This document shows, one piece after another, positions 40,202-49,067 of a stretch of DNA of 64,000 nucleotides (position 1 is its first letter; every line of letters begins with the position of its first letter). Where the stretch lies: NCBI GenBank assembly GCA_963717045.1, contig CAVQVD010000010.1, forward strand, positions 342,255-406,254. The letters are read 5' to 3'. A program made the position numbers and the translations under genes. The notes beneath the pieces were generated by a model. That model saw nothing but the letters and a program-made list of their open reading frames with translations, made no database searches and was not told the origin of the DNA. The stretch is from an uncultured delta proteobacterium (GTDB lineage: Bacteria; Desulfobacterota; Binatia; Binatales; Binataceae).

Positions 40202-40987
40202 ATGAGAGAGCTGGGCGCGATGTGGCGCAACACCAGGATGGTGGTGCTGTGTGCGATCTCGGCCGCGCTCTATGCCGCCGTGCTGGTGCCGTTCAAGGTC
40301 GTACCGCTCATCCCGGGCGTGACCGAATTGCGCCCGGCCAATGCGATACCAGTCGTATGCTCGTTTTTGTTTGGGCCGGCGGCGGCCTGGGGCTCGGCGA
40401 TCGGCAATATGATCGGCGACTTCTTTGGCGGCGTCGGCCCCGGCGATATCTTCGGCTTCTTTGCTAACCTCCTATACGGTTACCTTCCGTACAAGGTTTG
40501 GAACGTGATCGCCCAGGGCCAGAGTCCGATTGCCCGCTCGCCCGGCGCGATCGTCAAATACGTCGCCGCCTGCCTTGCCGGCAGCGTGCTCTGCGCCGAC
40601 ATCGTAGGATGGGGCGACAACCTGCTCGGCCTGCGGCCGTTCAGCATCCTGGGCAACGTGATCGTGTTCAACAACATGGTCTCCGCCCTGGTGCTCTCGC
40701 CGCTCATCCTGAGCGCGGTCTACCCGCGCGTTCGGCGCGGGCGGATGCTCTACGCCGACGTGATGCCCGAGTTCAAGGAGCGCCGATGGAGCGTGCGCGC
40801 GGCGGGACTCGCGATGCTAGTGGCAGGGGAGGCAGGCGCGTGGCTGATGGGCAACCTGGTTTCAACCGGCTATTGGGCGCCGTCGTTTCTGTCGGCGTCA
40901 ATGACGCAGCCGCCGTATGACAAGGCGATCGCGATCGTCGTGAGCCCGTTTATCCTGCTGGCTGTCATGGGCGTGGGGCTGATGTGA
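40202..40987 (+). CDS. ECF transporter substrate-specific (S) component, QueT/YhhQ-like
   Basis: Six predicted TM helices. The conserved LRPANAIPVVCSFLFGPAAAWGSAIGNMIGDFFGG region is present. It is directly followed by the ECF A and T genes. Confidence 0.6.
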   Translation: MRELGAMWRNTRMVVLCAISAALYAAVLVPFKVVPLIPGVTELRPANAIPVVCSFLFGPAAAWGSAIGNMIGDFFGGVGPGDIFGFFANLLYGYLPYKVWNVIAQGQSPIARSPGAIVKYVAACLAGSVLCADIVGWGDNLLGLRPFSILGNVIVFNNMVSALVLSPLILSAVYPRVRRGRMLYADVMPEFKERRWSVRAAGLAMLVAGEAGAWLMGNLVSTGYWAPSFLSASMTQPPYDKAIAIVVSPFILLAVMGVGLM

Positions 40988-42762
40988 AAGAGAGCAGTCC
41001 CGCTTCCGCAGCGGTCCGCGCCGAGCGGCTCGAGGGCGGCGACGCCGCGGCTCATGCCGTGGTGCTCGAAAATGTGAGCTTCACTTACAGCGACGGCGAG
41101 CGTCCCGCGCTTGCCGGCGTCAGCTTCAAGGTGGCCGCTGGCGAGATGGTCGGCGTGATGGGCGCGTCGGGCGCGGGCAAGTCGACGCTCGCCAAGTGCC
41201 TCAACCGGATCGTGCCCGAGTTCGAGGGCGGAGCCTTCGCGGGCGTGGTCCGAATCGGCGGCAGCTCACTCGATGGCATGCGCGTCTGCGAGGTCGCACC
41301 GCGGGTCGGGATGGTCTTTCAGGATTTCGAGGCGCAGCTTTTTTCAACTAACGTCGAGCACGAGGTTGCGTTTGCAATGGAGCAGATTGGGATCGAACGG
41401 GGCGAGATGGCCCGGCGCATCCCCGTCGCACTTGACGCGGTTGGCCTGACCGGCTTCGAGCATCGCGACCCGACCTCGCTCTCCGGCGGCGAAAAACAGC
41501 GCCTCGCGATCGCCTCGGTGCTCGCGCTTCGCCCCGCGGTGATCGTGCTCGACGAGCCAACCACCGACCTCGACCCCGAGGGCAAGGGCGAGGTCTTCAC
41601 ATTGATTCGGAACCTCCGCGAGCAAGGATTCAGCCTGATCGTGATCGAGCATGAGGCCGAGGTGCTGCGCGGCGCCGACCGCCTGGTGCTGCTGCGCGAA
41701 GGTGAAATAATAGCCGAGGGCATGCCGCGCGATCTGATGACGCGGCTGGAGCTGCTGGAGGAGTGCGGGGTTCATCCGCCCGACCTGAACCGCGTGCTCG
41801 CCAAGTCGGGGATTGCGGCTCATGCCGCCACTGTTGATGAAGCAGAGGCGCTAATTCGCCGCGCGCTGCCGCGCTTGGGAGCCTCGTCGCATCCGGTCGG
41901 CACCGCGCTGGACGATTCGGCGCGTGAAGCGGCGCAAGGCGCGGCTGACGCAGACGGCGCGCCGCCTCTGGTAGAGGTGCGCGCACTGAAATTCAACTAC
42001 CCGGATGGGCCGCCGGTGCTCGATTCGATCGATCTGCGCATCGCGGCGGGAGAGTTCGTCGCGATCATCGGTCAGAACGGCTCCGGCAAAACCACGCTCG
42101 CCAAGCACCTGGTGGGCCTGCTGCATCCCACCGGCGGCGCCGTGATGCTCAACGGGCGCGACCGTATCACGATGCGCCCGGCCGAGACTGCCGCCGAGGT
42201 TGGTTACGTCTTCCAGAACCCCGACCATCAGATCTTTGCGGCCACAGTCGAGGACGAGGTCGCCTTCGGGCCGCGGAATTTCGACCTTGCGCCGGATGAA
42301 ATCGAGCGCCGATGCGAAGAGGTGCTGCGCGCAGTGGCGCTTCAGGATGCGCGCGCTCTCGATCCTTTCCTGCTGAGCAAGGGTGAGCGCCAGCGCCTGG
42401 CCGTGGCGAGCGTGCTCGCGTTGCGTCCGCGCGTGCTGATCCTCGACGAGCCGACCACCGGCCTCGACTACCGCGAACAGCGTCGCATGATGGCGCTGGT
42501 GAGCGAGCTTAACCGCGACGGGATCGCGATCGTGATGATCACGCATACACCGTGGCTGGTCGCCGAGTACGCTCGCCGGGTGGTTCTGATCCGCCGCGGA
42601 CGCAAGCTCTACGACGGCGGGGTGCGCGAGTTCTTCGCCAAGGATGAATTGCTCGCCTCCTCGTCGTTCCGCGCGCCCGAGGCGACCGAGCTTTCGCGCC
42701 GCTTCGGCACAGTCGCGTTGGGACCCGACGAACTCGCCATGTGGCTGAGAGCGCAGGCCTGA
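40984..42762 (+). CDS. ECF transporter fused duplicated ATPase (EcfA1-EcfA2)
   Basis: 592 aa with two complete ABC domains (GASGAGKST...LSGGEKQRL...LDEPT and GQNGSGKTT...LSKGERQRL...LDEPT). Confidence 0.85.
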   Translation: MKESSPASAAVRAERLEGGDAAAHAVVLENVSFTYSDGERPALAGVSFKVAAGEMVGVMGASGAGKSTLAKCLNRIVPEFEGGAFAGVVRIGGSSLDGMRVCEVAPRVGMVFQDFEAQLFSTNVEHEVAFAMEQIGIERGEMARRIPVALDAVGLTGFEHRDPTSLSGGEKQRLAIASVLALRPAVIVLDEPTTDLDPEGKGEVFTLIRNLREQGFSLIVIEHEAEVLRGADRLVLLREGEIIAEGMPRDLMTRLELLEECGVHPPDLNRVLAKSGIAAHAATVDEAEALIRRALPRLGASSHPVGTALDDSAREAAQGAADADGAPPLVEVRALKFNYPDGPPVLDSIDLRIAAGEFVAIIGQNGSGKTTLAKHLVGLLHPTGGAVMLNGRDRITMRPAETAAEVGYVFQNPDHQIFAATVEDEVAFGPRNFDLAPDEIERRCEEVLRAVALQDARALDPFLLSKGERQRLAVASVLALRPRVLILDEPTTGLDYREQRRMMALVSELNRDGIAIVMITHTPWLVAEYARRVVLIRRGRKLYDGGVREFFAKDELLASSSFRAPEATELSRRFGTVALGPDELAMWLRAQA

Positions 42763-42763
42763 G

Positions 42764-43549
42764 ATGCCGATTTTCCTGTACATCGAGCGCGCGACCTTCG
42801 TTCATCGGCTTCATCCGACGGTCAAGGTGTTTGCGCTGTTCGTAATGTTCTGGTCGGTGTACTGGGTCGATCATCCGTTGGCCTTGCTGCCGCTGGCCGT
42901 GGTGATGGTGGCGCTCGCGGAGTTGACCGGTGCGTGGCCGAACTTCTACCGACTGCGCTGGCTGTTCATCCTGGTTATCCTGTCGACCACGCTCGCCTGG
43001 ATGGTTTTCTATCGCCGAGGGCCGGCGTTGATAAATCTTCCGCTCATCCATCTGAGCCGCGCATCGCTCGTGTTCGGGCTGGGGCGCGGCCTGAAACTGG
43101 CCGAACTGCTCGCGACTTCGGTGCTGTTCCTTTCGACCACCAAGGTCGAGGAGTTCACCGCCGGCCTCGCGCGCCTCGGCGTGCCCTACCGCGTTGGCTT
43201 CGCAATCACGCTCGCATTTCGCCTGGTGCCGTTGTTCATCGATTCGGCGCTCACCGTGGTCCAGGCGCAGAACCTGCGGGGTTACGATTTCAATCGCGGC
43301 GGCCCGCTGGAACGAGTCAAACGCTACGTGCCGGTAGTGATTCCGGTGTTCATGGGAGCGCTGCGCAAGGCCAATTCGATGGCGATGGCGTTGGAGGCGC
43401 GCGGCTTTGGGCTAAGCCGTCAGCCGACCAGTTTCATTGACTACCCTGTCGAATCGAGTGACCTTGCGGCAACGGCGGCGCTGTTCGCGCTGGGGGCCGC
43501 GTACTTCATGATTTACTACACCGGCTACGGCGCGATTTCGGTCAAATAG
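42764..43549 (+). CDS. ECF transporter transmembrane (T) component EcfT/CbiQ family
   Basis: 261 aa and polytopic. The ALEARGF coupling-helix motif is near the C-terminus. Confidence 0.75.
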   Translation: MPIFLYIERATFVHRLHPTVKVFALFVMFWSVYWVDHPLALLPLAVVMVALAELTGAWPNFYRLRWLFILVILSTTLAWMVFYRRGPALINLPLIHLSRASLVFGLGRGLKLAELLATSVLFLSTTKVEEFTAGLARLGVPYRVGFAITLAFRLVPLFIDSALTVVQAQNLRGYDFNRGGPLERVKRYVPVVIPVFMGALRKANSMAMALEARGFGLSRQPTSFIDYPVESSDLAATAALFALGAAYFMIYYTGYGAISVK

Positions 43550-43626
43550 CCCCGTGCAAGTCCCGGGTGGACGCTTGGGCGGCGCGCACTGTGCGTGCTA
43601 ACTTCGCCCGCAGCAGGAGAGACGGC

Positions 43627-43899
43627 ATGTTATTCGTGATCATCGGCCACGACGGACCCAACGGCGCCGCGCTCAGGCCCACGGTTCGTCCGCGCCATCT
43701 CGCGTACGTGGGTCCTGTCGCCAAGAGCGGCAAGATGCTTATCGGCGGGCCGTTTACCGACGGCAGCGGCAGCCTGATCATCGTCGATATGGAAAACGAA
43801 GCGGCAGCGCGCGAGTTCGCGAACAACGATCCCTACGCTCGCGACGGCGTTTTCGAGCGGGTCGAGATCAAGCCTTTCCGCAAGGTGTTGCCCGAATAG
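43627..43899 (+). CDS. YciI-like protein
   Basis: MLFVIIGHDGPNGAALRPTVRPRHLAYV...GGPF matches the YciI/Dabb fold pattern. Confidence 0.6.
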   Translation: MLFVIIGHDGPNGAALRPTVRPRHLAYVGPVAKSGKMLIGGPFTDGSGSLIIVDMENEAAAREFANNDPYARDGVFERVEIKPFRKVLPE

Positions 43900-43916
43900 T
43901 AGAGTGGTGGATAGGA

Positions 43917-45125
43917 ATGGCTGGCGCGCTCTCAGGACTTAAAATCGTCGAGCTCGGCGAGATGGTCTCCGCTCCCTACGCGGCCAAGCTGATGGCTGAC
44001 ATGGGCGCCGAGGTGATCAAGATCGAGCGGCCGGGCGCCGGCGACGGCGCGCGCTTGCGCGGTCCGTTTCCCGGCGGCGAGTCGCATCGGGAAAAAAGCG
44101 GTCTCTATCTTTACCTCAACACTAACAAGCTCGGCGTGACACTCGACCTGTCGCGTCCCGAGGGGCTCGAGTTGCTCGAGCGCCTGGCCGCCGACGCCGA
44201 CGTTCTGATGCACAACCTCGTGCCGTCCGAGATGGACCGGATCGGACTCACCTTCGAGCGCTTGCACAACCGCAATCCGCGTTTGGTGATGACCTCGATT
44301 TCGCCTTGGGGCCTTAGCGGACCCAAGCGCGAATGGCGCGCCGAGGATTTGACGCTGTGGAGCGCGAGCGGCCTTTGCTACGTCAACGGCGGCGGCCCGG
44401 AGCATCCCGAGATGCCGCCGCTTAGGGCCTTTGGTCAGCAGGCTGGCTTCCAGGGCGGAGTGCATGCGGCGGTGGCGACGATGGGCGCGGTGTTCGCGCA
44501 GGCGCGCGATGGCGAGGGCCAGCACGTCGACGTTTCTATCTACGAATCTCTGGTCTCGCAGATGGAGCTGTTCTTCGAGTTCTGGCCCTACATGAACATG
44601 GTCGCCTCGCGGCTAGGGCAGAAGCCAATTCAGCCGCTCGAGGTGATGGAATGCCGCGACGGATACATTTTCGTCTGCTGCGTCGAGGAGCATCAGTGGC
44701 GCAATTTCGTCGAACTGATGGGCAATCCGGAGTGGGCGGCTGAAGAAATTTTCGCCGATCGGCTTAAACGCGCGGCGAACTGGGACGCGCTCAAGGTTTT
44801 TCTCGAGGACTGGATCAAAGAGCAGAGCGTGCTCGACCTCTACAAAAAAGCCCAGGCGCGGCGTATCCCGTTCGCGCCGGTCTCGACCATGGGCGACCTG
44901 CTCAGTTCCGATCACTTAAAAAAGCGCGGCTTCTTCGTCGAGATAGCGCATCCGGTGGCAGGCACGCATAAGTATCCGGGCGCGCCGCTCAAGTACCATC
45001 GTACGCCATGGGAGATTCGCTCGCCCGCGCCGACTCTCGGACAGCATAACGAGCAGATTTTCGGCGCGCGCCTGGGTTTGAAACCAGCGCGACTCGAGGA
45101 GTTAAGGCGCACGGGCGTGATTTGA
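43917..45125 (+). CDS. family III CoA-transferase (CaiB/BaiF)
   Basis: LSGLKIVELGEMVSAPYAAKLMADMGAEVIKIE...G.SGP is the CaiB/BaiF signature. Confidence 0.85.
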   Translation: MAGALSGLKIVELGEMVSAPYAAKLMADMGAEVIKIERPGAGDGARLRGPFPGGESHREKSGLYLYLNTNKLGVTLDLSRPEGLELLERLAADADVLMHNLVPSEMDRIGLTFERLHNRNPRLVMTSISPWGLSGPKREWRAEDLTLWSASGLCYVNGGGPEHPEMPPLRAFGQQAGFQGGVHAAVATMGAVFAQARDGEGQHVDVSIYESLVSQMELFFEFWPYMNMVASRLGQKPIQPLEVMECRDGYIFVCCVEEHQWRNFVELMGNPEWAAEEIFADRLKRAANWDALKVFLEDWIKEQSVLDLYKKAQARRIPFAPVSTMGDLLSSDHLKKRGFFVEIAHPVAGTHKYPGAPLKYHRTPWEIRSPAPTLGQHNEQIFGARLGLKPARLEELRRTGVI

Positions 45126-45183
45126 GCGCTGGGCACTAAAGCAGGCGCGGCTGCAAGCAGCCAGGACCGAGAGAAAAAAGACG

Positions 45184-46422
45184 ATGGCGAAGCTTCCACT
45201 TGAAGGCGTGAGAATCGCCGACTTCACCTGGGTATGGGCGGGGCCGTACTGCACGCTGCAGCTCGCCCATCTCGGCGCCGACGTAATCCGCATCGAGACG
45301 CGCACGCGGCCATGCGTGACGCGGCTCTTGCCGCCGTGGCCGGACGGTAAACCCGGCATCAATCGCTCCGGTTACTTCAACCAGTACAACCAGGGCAAGC
45401 GCTCGCTGACGCTCAACTATTCCAAGCCCGGCGCGTTGGAAGTCGCGCGCCGGCTGGTCGAGGCGAGCGACGTAGTAACCAACAATTTCGCCGCCGGGGT
45501 GATGGAAAAGCTGGGGTTGGGTTACGAGGATCTCCGCAAGGTCAAGCCCGACCTAATCATGATTTCGCTCTCCGGCTATGGCGACACGGGGCCCTTCCGC
45601 GAGTACGTCGCCTACGGCCCGGCGCAGGTGCCGCTCTCGGGACTCTCGTCGCTCACCGGCTACAAGGGATGGCCGCCGATGCATACCGGCTTCAGCTATG
45701 CCGATCCCAACGCCGGCGTGCATGGCGCGTTCGCGGTACTGGCCGCGCTTTACCATCGCAGGAAGACCGGCGAAGGCCAGTACATCGACATGAGCCAATG
45801 GGAGTGCGCGATGGGTCTGCTGCCCGAGGGAATCATGGAGTACACGATGAACGGACGCACGCCTGAGCGCGACGGGAATCGCGACCCGCTGCTCGCGCCG
45901 CACGGCGTATTTCCCTCGAATGATCGGTTCGAAAATTCTGGAGTCATGGTCGATATGTGGGTGTCGATCGTGGTGGCCGACGACGCGGAGTTCGGCCGCC
46001 TCGCGAACGCGATTGGAAAGCCCGAGATGGCGCGCGATCCGCGCTTTGCTACCGCCGCCGCACGCAAGCGCAACGAGGACGAACTCGAAGCTGCGATCGC
46101 GGCGTGGACCTCGCAGCGCAGCGCCGCCGAGGCGGAACACATCCTCCAGGCGGCTGGCGTGGCGGCGGCGGTGTGCGCACCGAACAAATTCGTCTCGGAA
46201 GATGGTCATCTGAAAGAGCGTGGCTATTGGGTTAATCTCGAACATCCCGAAGTTGGCACGCAGCAGCATTGTGGAATCCCATGGCGGATGAGCCGTACTG
46301 ACGGGGAGGTGCGCGCACCTGCCCCGCTCATCGGACAGCATACCGATGAGGTTCTCACTCAGGTACTGGGCTACAGTGCCGAAGAGGTAGCGCGGCTGCA
46401 CGCGGATGGCGCATTGGATTAG
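45184..46422 (+). CDS. family III CoA-transferase (CaiB/BaiF), second paralog
   Basis: LEGVRIADFTWVWAGPYCTLQLAHLGADVIRIE is the CaiB/BaiF signature. It is adjacent to a paralog. Confidence 0.85.
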   Translation: MAKLPLEGVRIADFTWVWAGPYCTLQLAHLGADVIRIETRTRPCVTRLLPPWPDGKPGINRSGYFNQYNQGKRSLTLNYSKPGALEVARRLVEASDVVTNNFAAGVMEKLGLGYEDLRKVKPDLIMISLSGYGDTGPFREYVAYGPAQVPLSGLSSLTGYKGWPPMHTGFSYADPNAGVHGAFAVLAALYHRRKTGEGQYIDMSQWECAMGLLPEGIMEYTMNGRTPERDGNRDPLLAPHGVFPSNDRFENSGVMVDMWVSIVVADDAEFGRLANAIGKPEMARDPRFATAAARKRNEDELEAAIAAWTSQRSAAEAEHILQAAGVAAAVCAPNKFVSEDGHLKERGYWVNLEHPEVGTQQHCGIPWRMSRTDGEVRAPAPLIGQHTDEVLTQVLGYSAEEVARLHADGALD

Positions 46423-46470
46423 AAATTACGGCATCACGATCATTAGTGCGACAATTGTGATGGAGGAGCC

Positions 46471-47313
46471 ATGAGGCAATTTAAAGTATTACTTGATAAT
46501 CTGGCCTTTGGTGAAGGGCCGCGATGGCATGACGACAGGCTCTATTACTCCGACATGCACGCGCATACGGTGAACGCGGTCGACCTGCAGGGCCGCAACA
46601 CGGTCATCGCGGAAGTCGCGGCATGGCCTTCGGGCCTCGGATGGCTTCCGGACGGACGGATGCTGGTGGTCTCGATGACCGACCGCAAGCTATTGCGCCA
46701 AGAACCTGGCGGACTCAAGCCGCATGCGGATCTGAGCGCGCTCGCCTCACATCATTGCAATGACATGGTGGTAGATAGCCGCGGCCGCGCCTACGTCGGC
46801 AACTTCGGCTACGACATCATCGGGAACGCGCCGCAGAAGCCGGCGGAGCTGGTGATGGTCGAGCCGAATGGCGCCGCGCGCGTGGTGGCGCGCGACCTTC
46901 AGTTTCCCAATGGCACCGTGATCACGCCCGACGGCAAGACGCTGGTGGTGGGCGAGTCGATGGGTCATCGGCTGACCGCGTTCGACGTCGCCGCCGACGG
47001 CGCGCTCACCAATCGCCGCGTATGGGCCGACTTGGGTGAGGGCGTGCCCGACGGAATCGCGCTCGATGCCGAGGGCGCGATTTGGGTGGCCTCGCCGTTT
47101 ACGCACGAGCTCTTGCGCGTGAAGCAGGGCGGCGAGGTGACGGAGAGCATCAAGCGCGAGCAGATGCCGATCGCGTGCGCGCTCGGCGGCCCTTCGCGCC
47201 GCACACTCTTTCTTCTCACTTCCGAGTCGATCGATCCCGACGTATGCCGTTCCAAGCGCAACTCGCGTATCGAGACCACGGAGGTCGAGGTTGCCGGCGC
47301 GGGATTGCCGTAA
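46471..47313 (+). CDS. SMP-30/gluconolactonase/LRE-like beta-propeller protein
   Basis: GEGPRWHDDRLYYSD...LPDGRMLV...GIALDAEGAIWVA are repeated propeller motifs. Confidence 0.75.
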   Translation: MRQFKVLLDNLAFGEGPRWHDDRLYYSDMHAHTVNAVDLQGRNTVIAEVAAWPSGLGWLPDGRMLVVSMTDRKLLRQEPGGLKPHADLSALASHHCNDMVVDSRGRAYVGNFGYDIIGNAPQKPAELVMVEPNGAARVVARDLQFPNGTVITPDGKTLVVGESMGHRLTAFDVAADGALTNRRVWADLGEGVPDGIALDAEGAIWVASPFTHELLRVKQGGEVTESIKREQMPIACALGGPSRRTLFLLTSESIDPDVCRSKRNSRIETTEVEVAGAGLP

Positions 47314-48660
47314 GTGGCACCAACACCAGGCTATGGCGTGAGTGCGGCTAATCCCAACGGCCGCTCGGATATTTTCAAGGAGCGGCGCGCGCGCTTCATG
47401 GCCGAGGTCGGCGCGGCTGTCGCGATTATGCCGAGCGCACCGATCGCGGTCCGCTCGAACGACGTCGAATTCGTCTACCGCCAGGACAACGATTTCTACT
47501 ACCTTACCGGGTTCGCCGAGCCCGAGTCGGTGGCGCTGTTCGCGCCCGGCCACAAGGACGGCGAGTTTGTGATGTTCGTGCGGCCGCGCGACCGCGAGCG
47601 CGAGACCTGGACCGGGCGGCGCGCCGGAGTCGAAGGCGCGATGCTCGATTACGGCGCCGACAAGGCCTACACAATCGACGAACTGGACCGCATGCTGCCG
47701 CGCTACCTCGATGTCGAGCGCGTTTACTACCCACTCGGCAGCAACGAGCGGATGAACGCGCGCGTGCTCGAGATGGTGCGCGGGGCGCAGGCGATGCGGC
47801 CGCGTACCGGCTCAGGACCGGTGGCGATGCTCGATCCTCGCGAGTTAATCCATGAGGCACGGCTCAAGAAGCGTCCCGAGGAGATCGACGCGATGCGCCG
47901 GGCGGTTGCGATTTCGTGTGAGGCGCACAAGGACGCGATGCGCCGGGCGCGGGGCGCCATGATGGAGTGGGAGATCGAGGCGCTGGTCGACTATACGTTT
48001 CGCTCACGCGGCGCTGCCGGTCCCAGCTATCCGTCTATAATCGCCTCGGGCCCGAACGCCGCGACGCTCCACTACATCCACAACGATCGCCAGATGCGAA
48101 GCGGCGAGCTGCTGTTGATCGATGCGGGGTGTGAGGTCGACTTTTACGCGTCAGACGTCACCCGCACGTTTCCGATCGGCACGCGTTTCAACGCGGCGCA
48201 ACGCGCGCTCTACGCGGTCGTGCTCGAGGCGCAGCTCCGCGCAATCGAATCGGTAAAGCCGGGCGTGCGTTTCGATGACGTACATGAAGCCGCGCTGCGC
48301 GTGCTGGTCGAGGGCATGATCGATTTGGGCCTGGTCAAGGGACCGCTCCACGACGCGATCGCAACGGCTTCCTATCGCCGCTACTACATGCATCGCACCA
48401 GCCACTGGCTCGGGATGGACGTGCATGACGTGGGGCTCTACCGCGTTGGCGGCAGCTCACGAACACTCGAGCCTTCGATGGTCTTGACGGTTGAGCCGGG
48501 AATCTATATTTCGCCCGACGACGAGAGCGCGCCCGAGTCGATGCGAGGCGTCGGTATTCGGATCGAGGACGACCTCCTCGTCACCGCGGAGGGCCACGAA
48601 GTGCTAACCGCGGCGATTCCCAAGACGATCGATGATGTGGAGGCGCTCACTGCGCCATAG
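47314..48660 (+). CDS. pepP: Xaa-Pro aminopeptidase (M24B, PepP)
   Basis: The AMP_N region (YRQDNDFYYLTGFAEPE) is followed by an M24 pita-bread domain (HRTSHWLGMDVHDVG, EPGIY). Confidence 0.85.
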   Translation: MAPTPGYGVSAANPNGRSDIFKERRARFMAEVGAAVAIMPSAPIAVRSNDVEFVYRQDNDFYYLTGFAEPESVALFAPGHKDGEFVMFVRPRDRERETWTGRRAGVEGAMLDYGADKAYTIDELDRMLPRYLDVERVYYPLGSNERMNARVLEMVRGAQAMRPRTGSGPVAMLDPRELIHEARLKKRPEEIDAMRRAVAISCEAHKDAMRRARGAMMEWEIEALVDYTFRSRGAAGPSYPSIIASGPNAATLHYIHNDRQMRSGELLLIDAGCEVDFYASDVTRTFPIGTRFNAAQRALYAVVLEAQLRAIESVKPGVRFDDVHEAALRVLVEGMIDLGLVKGPLHDAIATASYRRYYMHRTSHWLGMDVHDVGLYRVGGSSRTLEPSMVLTVEPGIYISPDDESAPESMRGVGIRIEDDLLVTAEGHEVLTAAIPKTIDDVEALTAP

Positions 48661-48683
48661 CGTTGTTGTTTTCCGGTGCAGTC

Positions 48684-48785
48684 TTAGAGCGGCAGCGCGT
48701 AAATCATCTCGAAAAATAAGTAAGCCATCAGAGCTGCTTCGACGAAGGCGGCTCCCACGAGAACATCTGTAAGTAATTCGTTCAT
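48684..48785 (-). CDS. 33-aa hydrophobic small protein (candidate single-TM peptide)
   Basis: MNELLTDVLVGAAFVEAALMAYLFFEMIYALPL has a GGAG RBS 6 nt upstream of its ATG. It lies in a locally AT-richer intergenic stretch and falls below the ORF-track length cut-off. Confidence 0.3.
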   Translation of the reverse strand: MNELLTDVLVGAAFVEAALMAYLFFEMIYALPL

Positions 48786-49067
48786 ATTGGCTCCTATCGG
48801 AGCGAATCTCTTCAAATCCTTTCACCAGTTAGTGACCCGCTATCCGATATGTGAGCGAGCCCCGTGCCAACCGGTGCGGCGCAGCGTTACTGATGTGCGA
48901 GATTAGTGGCGCAGCGGGGAGAACACTGAAAACGGGCTTATTTTCGAGGTGTTTCGGGCGCGCCGGCTCGTCTTCGCACGTCGGCGCGACTGATCGACTG
49001 ACCGCTAACTCCATCGCATTTCGCGGAATGTCTGCGAAACTGCGAACGCGCGATCTGCTACCTGGTG

